Shown here: positions 40,447 through 52,680 of the stretch, one piece after another | Layout of the letters: the number at the start of each line of letters is the position of its first letter | How positions within the stretch are numbered: position 1 is the stretch's first letter | Source of the DNA: Candidatus Woesebacteria bacterium | Lineage (GTDB): Bacteria > Patescibacteriota > Microgenomatia > UBA1400 > UBA1396 | DNA length: 64,000 bases | NCBI GenBank assembly: GCA_021208605.1 | Contig: JAJOJK010000003.1 | Span: 73,481 to 137,480 of the forward strand | Direction of reading: 5' to 3' | Notes under the pieces: model-generated | What the model saw: the letters and a program-made list of their open reading frames with translations, nothing else | Database searches by the model: none | Told to the model about the DNA's origin: nothing | Made by a program: the position numbers and the translations under genes

Positions 40447-40471
40447 TTATAGGCCTAAGGGTTGGTCCTTC
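40447..40471. repeat. REP-like repeat copy, inverted orientation (variant)
   Basis: Reverse complement ggaccaacccttaggcctataa matches the REP consensus with one substitution. Confidence 0.5.
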
Positions 40472-40485
40472 ATCCATCGGTCGAT

Positions 40486-42177
40486 CTACCGTCGCAGCAT
40501 AAAGTACACGCCCATCCCCATCAGGCCAAAACCGGTCAAAGCCAAAGCGACCGTATTTTCTATCGCTCCAGCTACTGGCAGCGTTTCTACCGGTGAGCTA
40601 GGAGTGGGGGTTGGATTGACGGCTACGTCACAGAGACAGTCAGTTTCGCCAGTACAGGCGCTGTTACGGCACATGCCGCCGTTACAGACAAGGCCAGAAG
40701 AACAGTCGGCGTTGGTGCTACAGGCGTTGTTACAGCTGGCCAATGGAGTAGGTTGTGGGGTTGGTTCAGGCGTGGCCGAAGGCGTTGGTGTGGCACTTGG
40801 TGTCGGTGTCGGACAGAGACAGTTCGCTTCTTCGGAACAGGAAGGATTGCGACACATGCCGTCGTCGGAACAGGTGAGACCGTCGCCGCAATCGGCATCG
40901 CTCACACAGGCTTCGCTACAAGATGCCGGTGGAGTTGGCGTCGGTGTCGGAGTAGCCTGTGGGGTGGGTTTGGGAGTTGGCTTTGGAGTGGGGTTCGATT
41001 TTTGTGTAGTGGTCGTCGTGGATGGTGCACTGCCACAGCTATTATTTATAATGGAAAATTCTCCACAGAGTTGGCCATCACGGGAACCGCCAACACAGAC
41101 TTGGTCTATTTGCCCACATCCGCCGGCATAGGAAACCGCATCAGCGCGAGAAGACTTGCGAGAGCCATTTTGCTCACAGACGAGTTGTCCATTACTAGTA
41201 GAAGAGGTGTGCAAGCTGTCGCATTTAAAGGCATACCAGCCGGAGCAAGAGCCGCCAGGACATTGTTGGGAACCAGTTTGTCCGGAGTCTTCACACTTAC
41301 GATTTCCTGAGGTGCCCTGACAGACAGCGGTGCCACAGCAGTTGTCGGACAGGCCGCGCTCGGAACCACAGGCTTGTCCAGCGGAGACACAAGCAGTTTT
41401 TCCTGACGATCCGGTGTTGGATCCCGATGACTGCTCAACCCAAGAACCATTTTTACAAACGTACTTTACGCCGTCGCGGGTGCCGGTTTGGCCGTCGTTA
41501 CATTCATTATTTGATTGACCGCCGTCACAAGTGTTGCCGCCGTCGATCCATTGACCAGAACACGTACACTCACAGTTCGCAACACCGTAGTCACCTTTGC
41601 CACAGAGTTTTCGGCCGCCAACGGAACCGCCCCGGACAGAGCTTTTTCGATCGCGACAAGTACTAGAACAATTGCTGGCGTTATAGTTACAACTTCCACC
41701 AGATGAACCACTGCCACCGCTAGAACCAGAACTACCACTGCCACCAGAGCCGCCGCTTTTACAGCCTGCACAACCAGAATCACAGCCTGCAATCCAAGCT
41801 TCCGGATCCGGTTGAGCCGAAGCACCAGCACGACAGTCATTCATACAGGCTTCATAGCTGGCTCGAGGACAGCTACTCGCTTGTTGGCGTAAGTCTTGTT
41901 GTTGCTGCGAAAGATACACTGCCGCACCAATACCAATGAGGACTACCACTGAAACGAAAACAGCGGCAATGATGCCAAAGCGTTTTTTCATGAATTTTTG
42001 CAAACCAGAGAGTGATCTTCCAGAGGATCCAGAAGAACCAGAAGAAGAGGGTCGTGATGAGTTGTTATTTTGCGGTTTTTCTTTTTTAGGCGCCGCCTGT
42101 TTTCCACCTCTTTGATTGGCGTTTTGAATAGTATTAATCACGTCTTGTGATTGTGGTGGAATGTAGGCAGGACTCAT
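40486..42177 (-). CDS. Cys-rich, Pro/Thr-linker surface protein with N-terminal signal anchor and C-terminal LPVAG sorting-signal-like motif
   Basis: N-terminal TM (IIAAVFVSVVVLIGIGAAVYL). Duplicated ~40-aa cysteine module SC(S/N)xACxxxADCxxGLxCxxGMCRNxxCxxExxCLC, separated by PTPTP linkers; Gly/Ser runs. C-terminus ...VETLPVAGAIE + hydrophobic helix + RR (sortase-substrate architecture). Confidence 0.65.
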   Translation of the reverse strand: MSPAYIPPQSQDVINTIQNANQRGGKQAAPKKEKPQNNNSSRPSSSGSSGSSGRSLSGLQKFMKKRFGIIAAVFVSVVVLIGIGAAVYLSQQQQDLRQQASSCPRASYEACMNDCRAGASAQPDPEAWIAGCDSGCAGCKSGGSGGSGSSGSSGGSGSSGGSCNYNASNCSSTCRDRKSSVRGGSVGGRKLCGKGDYGVANCECTCSGQWIDGGNTCDGGQSNNECNDGQTGTRDGVKYVCKNGSWVEQSSGSNTGSSGKTACVSAGQACGSERGLSDNCCGTAVCQGTSGNRKCEDSGQTGSQQCPGGSCSGWYAFKCDSLHTSSTSNGQLVCEQNGSRKSSRADAVSYAGGCGQIDQVCVGGSRDGQLCGEFSIINNSCGSAPSTTTTTQKSNPTPKPTPKPTPQATPTPTPTPPASCSEACVSDADCGDGLTCSDDGMCRNPSCSEEANCLCPTPTPSATPTPSATPEPTPQPTPLASCNNACSTNADCSSGLVCNGGMCRNSACTGETDCLCDVAVNPTPTPSSPVETLPVAGAIENTVALALTGFGLMGMGVYFMLRR

Positions 42178-42373
42178 TACCGTATAATGGCAAATTTTTT
42201 GTTAAGAAACAAGACGCTGCTCGTGCGAACACACCGATACACATATAACGATACATATATAAGGAGTACGCACTCAGAACGAAGTCAAAGCGACATATTA
42301 AGGGTTTCTATTGGACTTTTTTACTATAAATACGTGTTTTTCAAAAACCAGTGCTCCAGAGAAGTTTCTTCTC

Positions 42374-42407
42374 AAAACTCATACTTGCACCCCGTGGCAT
42401 GGATGGT
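42374..42407 (+). promoter_or_regulatory. Sigma70-like promoter candidate upstream of the 23S (TTGCAC-16-TATACT)
   Basis: ttgcac cccgtggcatggatgg tatact, ~350 nt before the 23S 5' end. Confidence 0.35.
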
Positions 42408-42758
42408 ATACTACTAATCCTCTGCACATGACACTTGTTTCGGTCAGGCAGATGAGGGACAACCTTCACCGGTCTCTCTCATTTACCAAAGAAACACTTT
42501 TACTTGCTACATGCTCAGGTTCCTTGTGAACGAGCCCCTGTACACGTCATAACGCATTAAGCCTATGGCGCTTACGTGTATTGTGCGGGGAACAGAGTGG
42601 TGACACTTTGTCGCTCGTGAACAAGTAGAGATTTAAACAAGAATTTAAACTTAAAGTAAAGTTTTCAAAAACGGTCGCTGCGATTGTTTTTTTGGTTTAC
42701 CAAAACAGCAATCAATATATATCAGCAGTCGTTTCATGAGAATTGATCAAATATATCG

Positions 42759-45655
<2,897 letters not shown>

Positions 45656-45891
45656 TGTTGATCAGTCCGTGTGAAACGGACGCTTACATGCAAAAATCTG
45701 TTGATATTTCATAGTGATCGTAGCTGAGAGTAATTTACTCTAAGACCTCTTGTCAGAATTGATTCGTCAATTCTTATCTCTACTTGTTCAGGGGTGATAA
45801 TTCTGTCATCCTGAACATGTACATACGAAAAAGTTTCGCTGGCTATTACTGATGGGCCAGCCCAATTTTTTCGACAGCGAAGACGCTTTTA

Positions 45892-46008
45892 TTCCGGTCT
45901 CTGGAGCGCAGTGGAACCAACTCTTTCCATTCCGAACAGAGTCTTGAAACGCTGCAGCGGTGAAGGTACTGCTTGGGCAACTGAGTGGTAGAATAGCTCG
46001 AGGCCGGA
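45892..46008 (+). rRNA. rrf: 5S ribosomal RNA
   Basis: Helix I tccggtctc/gaggccgga; conserved loop ccattccgaacagagtcttgaaacgc...ggtagaatagc. Confidence 0.75.
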
Positions 46009-46188
46009 ATAAAGGCGTTTTTTGTGCTTTTTGAACATTTTTCTCGATTGTTGAGCTTTGCTCACTCATGAGAGAAAAATGTTCAAAAAACACCGATGAA
46101 TAAAGTGACTGAGTGAGCAAAGCTCAACAGCCACAAAAAATTCTTCTGGTACCGATCTCATCTGTGTAAATAGGACACAGAATTGCTT

Positions 46189-47352
46189 CTATCCCCAGTT
46201 AGAGAGAATATCATCAATGTTCGAATTAGTAGGAACAGTCGGAACATCACCAGTGCTTCTGCGCGTGGGTATATGAGATTGGACTACCATTTTGGGTGGT
46301 TGTGGATGTTGATTGTCAAAAATAACTTGATGTGTGCTAAAGTCATACTGTACTCTGTTTCCTGATCTAATATGTGTAAGAAGAGCTGTGTAAACGTCTT
46401 CGGGATTATTGTTATTTGCTTCAATATCATTAAAAACTCTGACTAAGTTTGTATCTGTAATAGTTTCAACTGATGTCGTGGAAGGAATTTCACCATGAAG
46501 AATCATTCTAGAAGAAACTACTGCCGCGTGGCTTTTGCCTCGGAGATTACCAATTTTTTGATAGAGTGGTTTGAGTGTTCGTAAGTAAGCCTCTCCTACC
46601 ATCGTAAGTGCTGAAACAAAAACTCCGCCGCTTAGTAGTGTAAATCCACCTATTTTCAACCCACTTAATGCCAGTTCAGATCTTTTTCTGGCTTGTTCGG
46701 CTTGGAAGAAAATTTCCTGCTGTGTAAGAGATTCTCGTGCGAATTTTGATATGTCATCCAAAATTGTGGGGATACTTTCTGGAACAGAGGCTGCTTCTTG
46801 TACCATAGCCGGTGCTTGTTGTGCGGCAGTTTCTGTGGGAGCTGCTCCGGTCGAGAAAAGATGCTGTAGCGATTGGGCGGTATTTTCCAACATCGTTGGG
46901 ATAACAACTCCGGCTGAGGCGTTGCCATCAATGCTCGCCCAGCCTGCCGCTAAACCTGCAAATATGGCATTTCCCCAGCGAGAGAGCGGAATATCGACTT
47001 CTTGTTTAAGCCTAGCTACTTGATACATTTCTTCGCCGGCCATTATCATGACAGAACAGAGCATGGAAATTAAAAAAACAAATACGGGGTCAGATTCATG
47101 CATGCTTTGCTGCGCAAATTCACTGGCTCCATAACTGGCTCCGAAAGTGCCGGCAAAGACAATAAGATGGTAGAGTGCTTGTTCTAAACGAGTTTTTTGC
47201 ACAGAAAACTCGGTTTGATTTGGACGAGCTTCTCGATTTGACTGAGAGTCTCGTCCTCGTCGGGGTAATTGCAAACTGGTTCTATCAGATTCCGATGTTA
47301 CGGCTGCGCGAGTTTTTCGTTCCAGTCTGCTCCCTTGTGTGAATCGAGCCAT
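46189..47352 (-). CDS. Hypothetical membrane protein, 387 aa
   Basis: Long ORF with several hydrophobic helices; no recognised motif. Confidence 0.45.
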   Translation of the reverse strand: MARFTQGSRLERKTRAAVTSESDRTSLQLPRRGRDSQSNREARPNQTEFSVQKTRLEQALYHLIVFAGTFGASYGASEFAQQSMHESDPVFVFLISMLCSVMIMAGEEMYQVARLKQEVDIPLSRWGNAIFAGLAAGWASIDGNASAGVVIPTMLENTAQSLQHLFSTGAAPTETAAQQAPAMVQEAASVPESIPTILDDISKFARESLTQQEIFFQAEQARKRSELALSGLKIGGFTLLSGGVFVSALTMVGEAYLRTLKPLYQKIGNLRGKSHAAVVSSRMILHGEIPSTTSVETITDTNLVRVFNDIEANNNNPEDVYTALLTHIRSGNRVQYDFSTHQVIFDNQHPQPPKMVVQSHIPTRRSTGDVPTVPTNSNIDDILSNWG

Positions 47353-47354
47353 AC

Positions 47355-47741
47355 TTATCTTTCTTGTTCTTCAGAAAAGTAATTGCGTAGTTGTTGTTTT
47401 TGCTCATCCGAGAGATCGGCATAAACGTTTTTGAAGTAGAGTTCCATGACCATTTGTGTGGACTGTTGGATATTTTTTTCCAAGTCTTCGATCGAAAAAT
47501 GCGAGCGGTATTTACGATTCATTTCTTCTGGTGAAAGTGCTCGCGAGTCTTCAATAGCTTGCGATATATCAAAAGGGAGGGGATCTATTGTCAACTCTGT
47601 CAGGAAGAGGCTGCTGGCCAACTCTACAATCTGAACCCAGAGCTGAAGAGAGAGATCATGCACTTCTTCAGGGGTGTGTCCCACGATGCGTAAAATATCT
47701 TGAATGCTATTCGTGGAATATGAGGGAGGAGTTGTAGACAT
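47355..47741 (-). CDS. Hypothetical protein, ~128 aa
   Basis: ORF 47355..47894; internal ATG at 47739-47741 (MSTTPPSY...) preferred, since the longer N-terminus overlaps the divergent rpsA start. Confidence 0.35.
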   Translation of the reverse strand: MSTTPPSYSTNSIQDILRIVGHTPEEVHDLSLQLWVQIVELASSLFLTELTIDPLPFDISQAIEDSRALSPEEMNRKYRSHFSIEDLEKNIQQSTQMVMELYFKNVYADLSDEQKQQLRNYFSEEQER

Positions 47742-47839
47742 TCTGAAAGTATTGTATCGTTTTTGCTGAAAAAAGGACAGAATTACCTCTGACCAGATAT
47801 GATATAATGCAATTTCTCGAGAAAGGAGACTACCGCTAC

Positions 47840-49027
47840 ATGGCAGATACGAAAAAACAACAAACCGCTTCCGAAGAAGTAACAAAAGAAGCAAAACAGA
47901 CTGAAACTCCAGAAGTCAAAGAAACGAAAAAATCCTCTGAGCAGCCCATTACAATGGAGCAATTGCTCTCTCAATCTGATTACAACCTCCATATTCCGTC
48001 CGAAGGTGACATTATCACCGGAACCGTTATTGAGATCACCAAGAAAATGGTGCTCGTTGATATTGGTGCCAAGACGGAAGGTCTTGTTTTAGACCGCGAG
48101 TTCCAGGCCGCGAGCGACATGATCTCTGATCTCAAACCTGGTGATAAAGTTGACGCCTTTGTTTTGGACGGCGACAACGCCCATGGACAAATTCTCTTGT
48201 CCCTGAAGCGCGCTGCGCTTGACAAGAAGTGGGACGAACTCGTCAAAGCCCAAGAATCCGAAGAAACCGTTACCGTGGAAGGCCTCGACGTTAACCGTGG
48301 AGGTATGGTTGTTTCGATTGACGGTTTGCGTGGATTTATTCCAACCAGCCAATTTGGTCGCCAAGTCACCGGTAAACTTAACTCTTTAGTAGGCAAAACC
48401 CTCGACGTTAAAGTCTTGGAAGCCGACAAAGACAAAAACCGTTTGATTTTCTCTGAGCGCCTCGTTTCCGAAGCCGATGAGATTGCCAATAGTGATGCCG
48501 CTCTGACCAACGTCAGTGTCAACGATGTAGTCAAGGGTACCGTCACTGGTGTGAAACCATTTGGTGTCTTTGTAGCGGTTGAAGTTCCTCTTGATGAATC
48601 TGGTGAAAACCTCGGTGTGCTCGAAGGCATGGTTCACATTTCTGAAGTGTCCTGGGACAAGGTTGATGACCTGACCGCGCTCTTCGAAAAAGGCCAAGAA
48701 ATCGAGACCAAAGTGGTTTCGGTCGATAAAGAGCAGAAGAAACTCACCCTTTCTACCAAGCGTTTGCAAGATGATCCATGGGAACAGCTCTCTGAAGAGT
48801 GTCCTCCTGGCACTACCATCTCTGGTGAAGTGACTCGGGTGGTTCCGTTTGGTGTTTTTGTCTCTATCGCTCCTGGTGTGGATGGTTTGATTCATGAGAG
48901 TAAGCTCAACGGTCAGAGCTTTGCCGAAGGCGAGTCTGTCTCCGTGGTCGTCGACTCGATTGATACCGAGCAACGCCGCGTCAGCCTGTCTCCAACTACT
49001 GACGAACTGCCAGTTACCTATAAATAA
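47840..49027 (+). CDS. rpsA: 30S ribosomal protein S1 (four S1 domains)
   Basis: Repeated S1-domain cores (GDIITGTVIEI...VLVDIG; GDKVDAFVL; GLRGFIPTSQ; VVKGTVTGVKPFGVFVAV; ISGEVTRVVPFGVFVSI...GLIHESK). Confidence 0.8.
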   Translation: MADTKKQQTASEEVTKEAKQTETPEVKETKKSSEQPITMEQLLSQSDYNLHIPSEGDIITGTVIEITKKMVLVDIGAKTEGLVLDREFQAASDMISDLKPGDKVDAFVLDGDNAHGQILLSLKRAALDKKWDELVKAQESEETVTVEGLDVNRGGMVVSIDGLRGFIPTSQFGRQVTGKLNSLVGKTLDVKVLEADKDKNRLIFSERLVSEADEIANSDAALTNVSVNDVVKGTVTGVKPFGVFVAVEVPLDESGENLGVLEGMVHISEVSWDKVDDLTALFEKGQEIETKVVSVDKEQKKLTLSTKRLQDDPWEQLSEECPPGTTISGEVTRVVPFGVFVSIAPGVDGLIHESKLNGQSFAEGESVSVVVDSIDTEQRRVSLSPTTDELPVTYK

Positions 49028-49101
49028 GCGCGAATTTGTGGGCTTCGTCCCACATTCTCGAGCAGCGTGTATACTCAAAGCACGTACTCAGAAAGGAATA
49101 C

Positions 49102-49278
49102 ATGGCAAAACAATACATGGTAGTCAATGACGATCAAATCTTGGTCGATATGGAACTCATTTTTTCAGCTATTCGCGATGCGGATGGCGACTGGGAACAA
49201 GTCGAACAAGACCTCCTCGACGTCATGAACACCGTCCAAGGCATGGTGGATACGTCTGACGACGAAGACGAAGAATAA
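49102..49278 (+). CDS. Small acidic hypothetical protein (58 aa)
   Basis: MAKQYMVVNDDQ... with a DDEDEE tail. The ORF track start at 49036 is less likely. Confidence 0.3.
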   Translation: MAKQYMVVNDDQILVDMELIFSAIRDADGDWEQVEQDLLDVMNTVQGMVDTSDDEDEE

Positions 49279-49391
49279 AAAACAAAAACGAAAAAAGGGC
49301 TGTTGCAAGACAGTCCTTTTTTATTGAAAGAAAATAACGTATGCGCAGACCACACGTAAGTTAAGTACAACAAAGAGAGAGAAAGGCTGCT

Positions 49392-50222
49392 ATGCAGATT
49401 CAAGAAGACTTCAGTTTTTTGGCCCAAAAAGACTGGCAAGCCCAGTTAGGTGAACACCTCAATACAGAGAATGAAACATTTTTTACTGAGCAATTGTTGC
49501 CAGTAGAAGCTGATGGAATTGGATACTGTGTTGACGAACGCCCTAAAATGAACGTCCCAGAAATGCAGGACTACAAGCGTAAAGCTGCTTTTGTCGGTGG
49601 TGCCGCTGGTTGGGTAGCTCTGTACATGGGCTTTGGGCAGTCACAAGATGAGGCTTTTGCTTCTACTCGCAAGATGTACGAGTCTCTAGGCTGGGGCAAT
49701 CTTGAGTTCCACATCGATAACGAACACGGACATATTCACGATGCTGAAGAGCTAGCGAATCGCAATAGCGGTTGTGGTTTCTTGGGTGTTGCTACACAAG
49801 TATTTGCCGACATGAAAGAGCTTTTCGGAAATTCTTACGCTGGTCTGCAAACTCCCGAGATAGATGGTTCAAGTGTTATTTCCACTGCTCGCAACGCCGG
49901 TGATGTGATTGTTCCTTTAGAAGGTGACCACAAAACCGCCAACTACGAAGCTCGCGTAGTGGTCAACACCCATGATGGCATGACTCTTGACCGCGATGCT
50001 CTGTATGCCGAAAATCCGGCCTTTTTGTGGGATGCTTGGGCAACGGTAAATCCAAAAGTTTTAGCAGTTTTTAACGAAATCTCTGGAGAAAACCTTTCTC
50101 ATGAAGAGTTCTATCGTTTGCAAGCTGCGCTGCACTTGATTACGTGTGCCCGCCTCAATGCCTTGAATTTGGGAGAGAAGAGTAACAACTTAGTTATGTT
50201 AACCCCCGGTACAATGCGTTAA
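49392..50222 (+). CDS. Hypothetical protein, 276 aa
   Basis: Clean ORF; GAAGAGA Shine-Dalgarno-like upstream; no recognised domain. Confidence 0.45.
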   Translation: MQIQEDFSFLAQKDWQAQLGEHLNTENETFFTEQLLPVEADGIGYCVDERPKMNVPEMQDYKRKAAFVGGAAGWVALYMGFGQSQDEAFASTRKMYESLGWGNLEFHIDNEHGHIHDAEELANRNSGCGFLGVATQVFADMKELFGNSYAGLQTPEIDGSSVISTARNAGDVIVPLEGDHKTANYEARVVVNTHDGMTLDRDALYAENPAFLWDAWATVNPKVLAVFNEISGENLSHEEFYRLQAALHLITCARLNALNLGEKSNNLVMLTPGTMR

Positions 50223-50304
50223 GTAGAATACAGAATAACAGAGAACAGCTCGGAGCAATCCGAGCTGTTTTTTTATCGATTTTTAGGAAGTATGCCACCT
50301 CTTT

Positions 50305-50523
50305 TTACGACAATGGGCATACTGGAATATCCGTGTCTCGAGAAATGAGATATACAATGATAACTTGCTCGGCTGGGTTTGGTGAGCCACCTATTCCGGT
50401 CATGAAAGTAATAACTTGACGGCCTTTGTGTATTTGAGTCCAATTTTGGTCTAAATAATTGCGAAAGTTGTCATGAATTCTTTTATTTGCTTCATACAGG
50501 GCAGCGTTTAAAATTTCAGACAC
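50305..50523 (-). CDS. Small hypothetical protein, 72 aa
   Basis: ORF only. Confidence 0.25.
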   Translation of the reverse strand: MSEILNAALYEANKRIHDNFRNYLDQNWTQIHKGRQVITFMTGIGGSPNPAEQVIIVYLISRDTDIPVCPLS

Positions 50524-50593
50524 GATAACTCCTTTTTACCAGTGTATCACTTGTTCCATTTCTGTGTCTTTTCTGTGCTACACTCCTCACACG

Positions 50594-51961
50594 ATGCCAA
50601 AGAAGTCTGCCAAACCCAAAGTTGCCTACGTCTGTGAAGAGTGCGGAGCGGAGTTTCCGAAGTGGTCAGGTCAGTGTGCGCAGTGCGGAGCCTGGAATAG
50701 CCTTTCTGAGACGATTTCCTCGAGTAGTAAGTCGTCGAAAGCCGGTGGGTCCACTCCAATGTACGGCACGAGTGAAGACGTGATTGTTTCTGCGGCCGAT
50801 GTGCTTACCAAACACGCCAAACAAGCGCAGCGCCTGCCAACCGGTATGTATGAGCTTGATCGAGTTTTCGGTGGCGGCATCGTGTTTGGTTCGGTTATTT
50901 TGCTTGGTGGTGAGCCGGGAATAGGGAAGTCAACAATACTTACTCAAATGTTGATAAAAATATTGTCAGAAAATAATAAATTAAATGCACTTTATGTGGC
51001 TGGAGAAGAAAGCCCACAGCAGATATCGCAAAGAATCCAACGCATGGTAGGGAAGAGTGCCAAACAAGAATCGGATTGGCAGACACGCTTAACGTTCTTT
51101 TCCAGCTCTAATGTGGACCAATTGGTTGCCTATATTCAGAAAGAAAAGCCCGATATTTTGGTCGTCGACTCGGTACAAACCCTGGTGACAGAAGATTTGT
51201 CGGGCATGCCAGGTTCTGTTGGGCAACTGCGCGAAGTTACGAGTCGGCTGGTTTCGGTGGCGAAGCAGTTCAATATTCCCACGTTCTTGGTCGGTCACGT
51301 CACCAAAGAAGGAGACATTGCGGGGCCAAAAGTGCTTGAACACATTGTTGACTCAGTTTTGCAGATCAGCGGAGCACGCAACGAAGAAGTGCGCTTACTT
51401 CGTTCACTGAAGAACCGTTTTGGCCCGACCGACGAAGTTGGTTTGTTTCGATTGACCAGTGACGGCGCTGAAGAAATTCACAACCCTGCCGAAATATTTT
51501 TGGAAGAACAAACTATTGGCAAACCAGGTTCCGCGCTCGCTTTGTGTCTGGAAGGGAGTAGGCCAGTGGTCGTAGAAGTACAGGCTTTGGCAGTGAGTTC
51601 ATTTTTGCCCAGTCCGCGCCGCGTGGCTAAAGGAGTCAAGATTTCTAAACTGCACCTCTTGTTGGCGGTGTTGCAAAAACACGCCAAACTCGACTTGAGC
51701 CAGCACGATGTCTACATCAATGTCGTTGGTAGCTTGGAATTTTCTGATCCTGCCATTGACTTGGCTATTGCAGCGGCGTTTTTGTCGGCAAAGTCTGGAA
51801 AGTCACCAGGGAAGAACACGGTCTATTGCGGCGAAATCGGGTTGTTGGGAGAAATCCGCAGTGTAGTAAGCCTTGATCGTCGTCTCAAAGAGGCTAAACG
51901 ACTTGGATATGCTGATGTTATCAGTACGCAGACGTATAAAAATGTTTCCCAATTGAAATAA
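50594..51961 (+). CDS. radA: DNA repair protein RadA/Sms
   Basis: N-terminal C4 zinc finger (CEECGAEFPKWSGQCAQCGAWNS), Walker A GGEPGIGKST, KNRFG motif, C-terminal Lon-protease-like domain. Confidence 0.85.
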   Translation: MPKKSAKPKVAYVCEECGAEFPKWSGQCAQCGAWNSLSETISSSSKSSKAGGSTPMYGTSEDVIVSAADVLTKHAKQAQRLPTGMYELDRVFGGGIVFGSVILLGGEPGIGKSTILTQMLIKILSENNKLNALYVAGEESPQQISQRIQRMVGKSAKQESDWQTRLTFFSSSNVDQLVAYIQKEKPDILVVDSVQTLVTEDLSGMPGSVGQLREVTSRLVSVAKQFNIPTFLVGHVTKEGDIAGPKVLEHIVDSVLQISGARNEEVRLLRSLKNRFGPTDEVGLFRLTSDGAEEIHNPAEIFLEEQTIGKPGSALALCLEGSRPVVVEVQALAVSSFLPSPRRVAKGVKISKLHLLLAVLQKHAKLDLSQHDVYINVVGSLEFSDPAIDLAIAAAFLSAKSGKSPGKNTVYCGEIGLLGEIRSVVSLDRRLKEAKRLGYADVISTQTYKNVSQLK

Positions 51962-52680
51962 TTGTTAGAGAGTTCCTTTTTTTTGTATAGAGCGGAGTGC
52001 CTTTTGGTGCTGTATGGTTGTACACAGAGCTAGTAAAAAGTTTTCCACATTTTTAATTCGTGCCCCATATTCGTGGGCGTTCCAGACTAAAAAGAGAAAA
52101 TAAAATAATATAGGATATGTTATTTTGCGAACAGGAAAAACTTATAGGATTAACAAAAATAAAAAAAGTGTTATATAATATCTGAAGATCGTGAAGGAGT
52201 GGTTGTCTCACTTGAGGAGTGCTGGAAAATATTCTAGTACTCAAAAGAGAGCAGGCACAAAAAGAAAAAGGCATCATTACCGCTGGTAAAACCACGAATA
52301 ACAATGCCTCTTTCTAAACGTAATGAGTGTCCAAGTAGGGCAGGAGGACACTAAGACCTTAACATAGACTATTTCGGCGGGAATGCAACCCACAATAAAG
52401 CCGAAGGAGTGTTTTTCCCTCAAGAAGATAGTGTGGAGGTTCGGGAGTTGGGCAGGCCTCCGAACTTCCACAGTGTCTTTGTGAGCGTTTTGTGAGAGTG
52501 TGATACAATGGCTCTATTCCAAGTCGTCATCTTGACGCGTGGAAGCGTTTCAAAGTTTAGAGAACTTTCAAAAATATTCAAAGACACACGTACCATGATT
52601 ACAGATTGATTTCCCTGGTTTGCTGAGCAAACAACTCGAGTGTGAGAAAGGGAAGTCAGTGTTGAAACAAAAGGAGGAAC

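Noticed and set aside
40394-41840. Plus-strand ORFs (245 aa, 185 aa and others) opposite the Cys-rich surface protein gene
   Set aside because: They are low-complexity mirror frames of a GC/repeat-rich gene. The minus-strand frame carries coherent signal peptide, Cys modules and sorting signal.
51962-52680. Known ncRNAs (tmRNA, RNase P RNA, SRP RNA) in long intergenic regions
   Set aside because: No conserved tmRNA tRNA-like ends, no RNase P AGGAAAGTCCGGGCTCC-type core and no SRP GGAAGCAGCC-type motif were found by eye. This cannot be excluded without covariance-model search.
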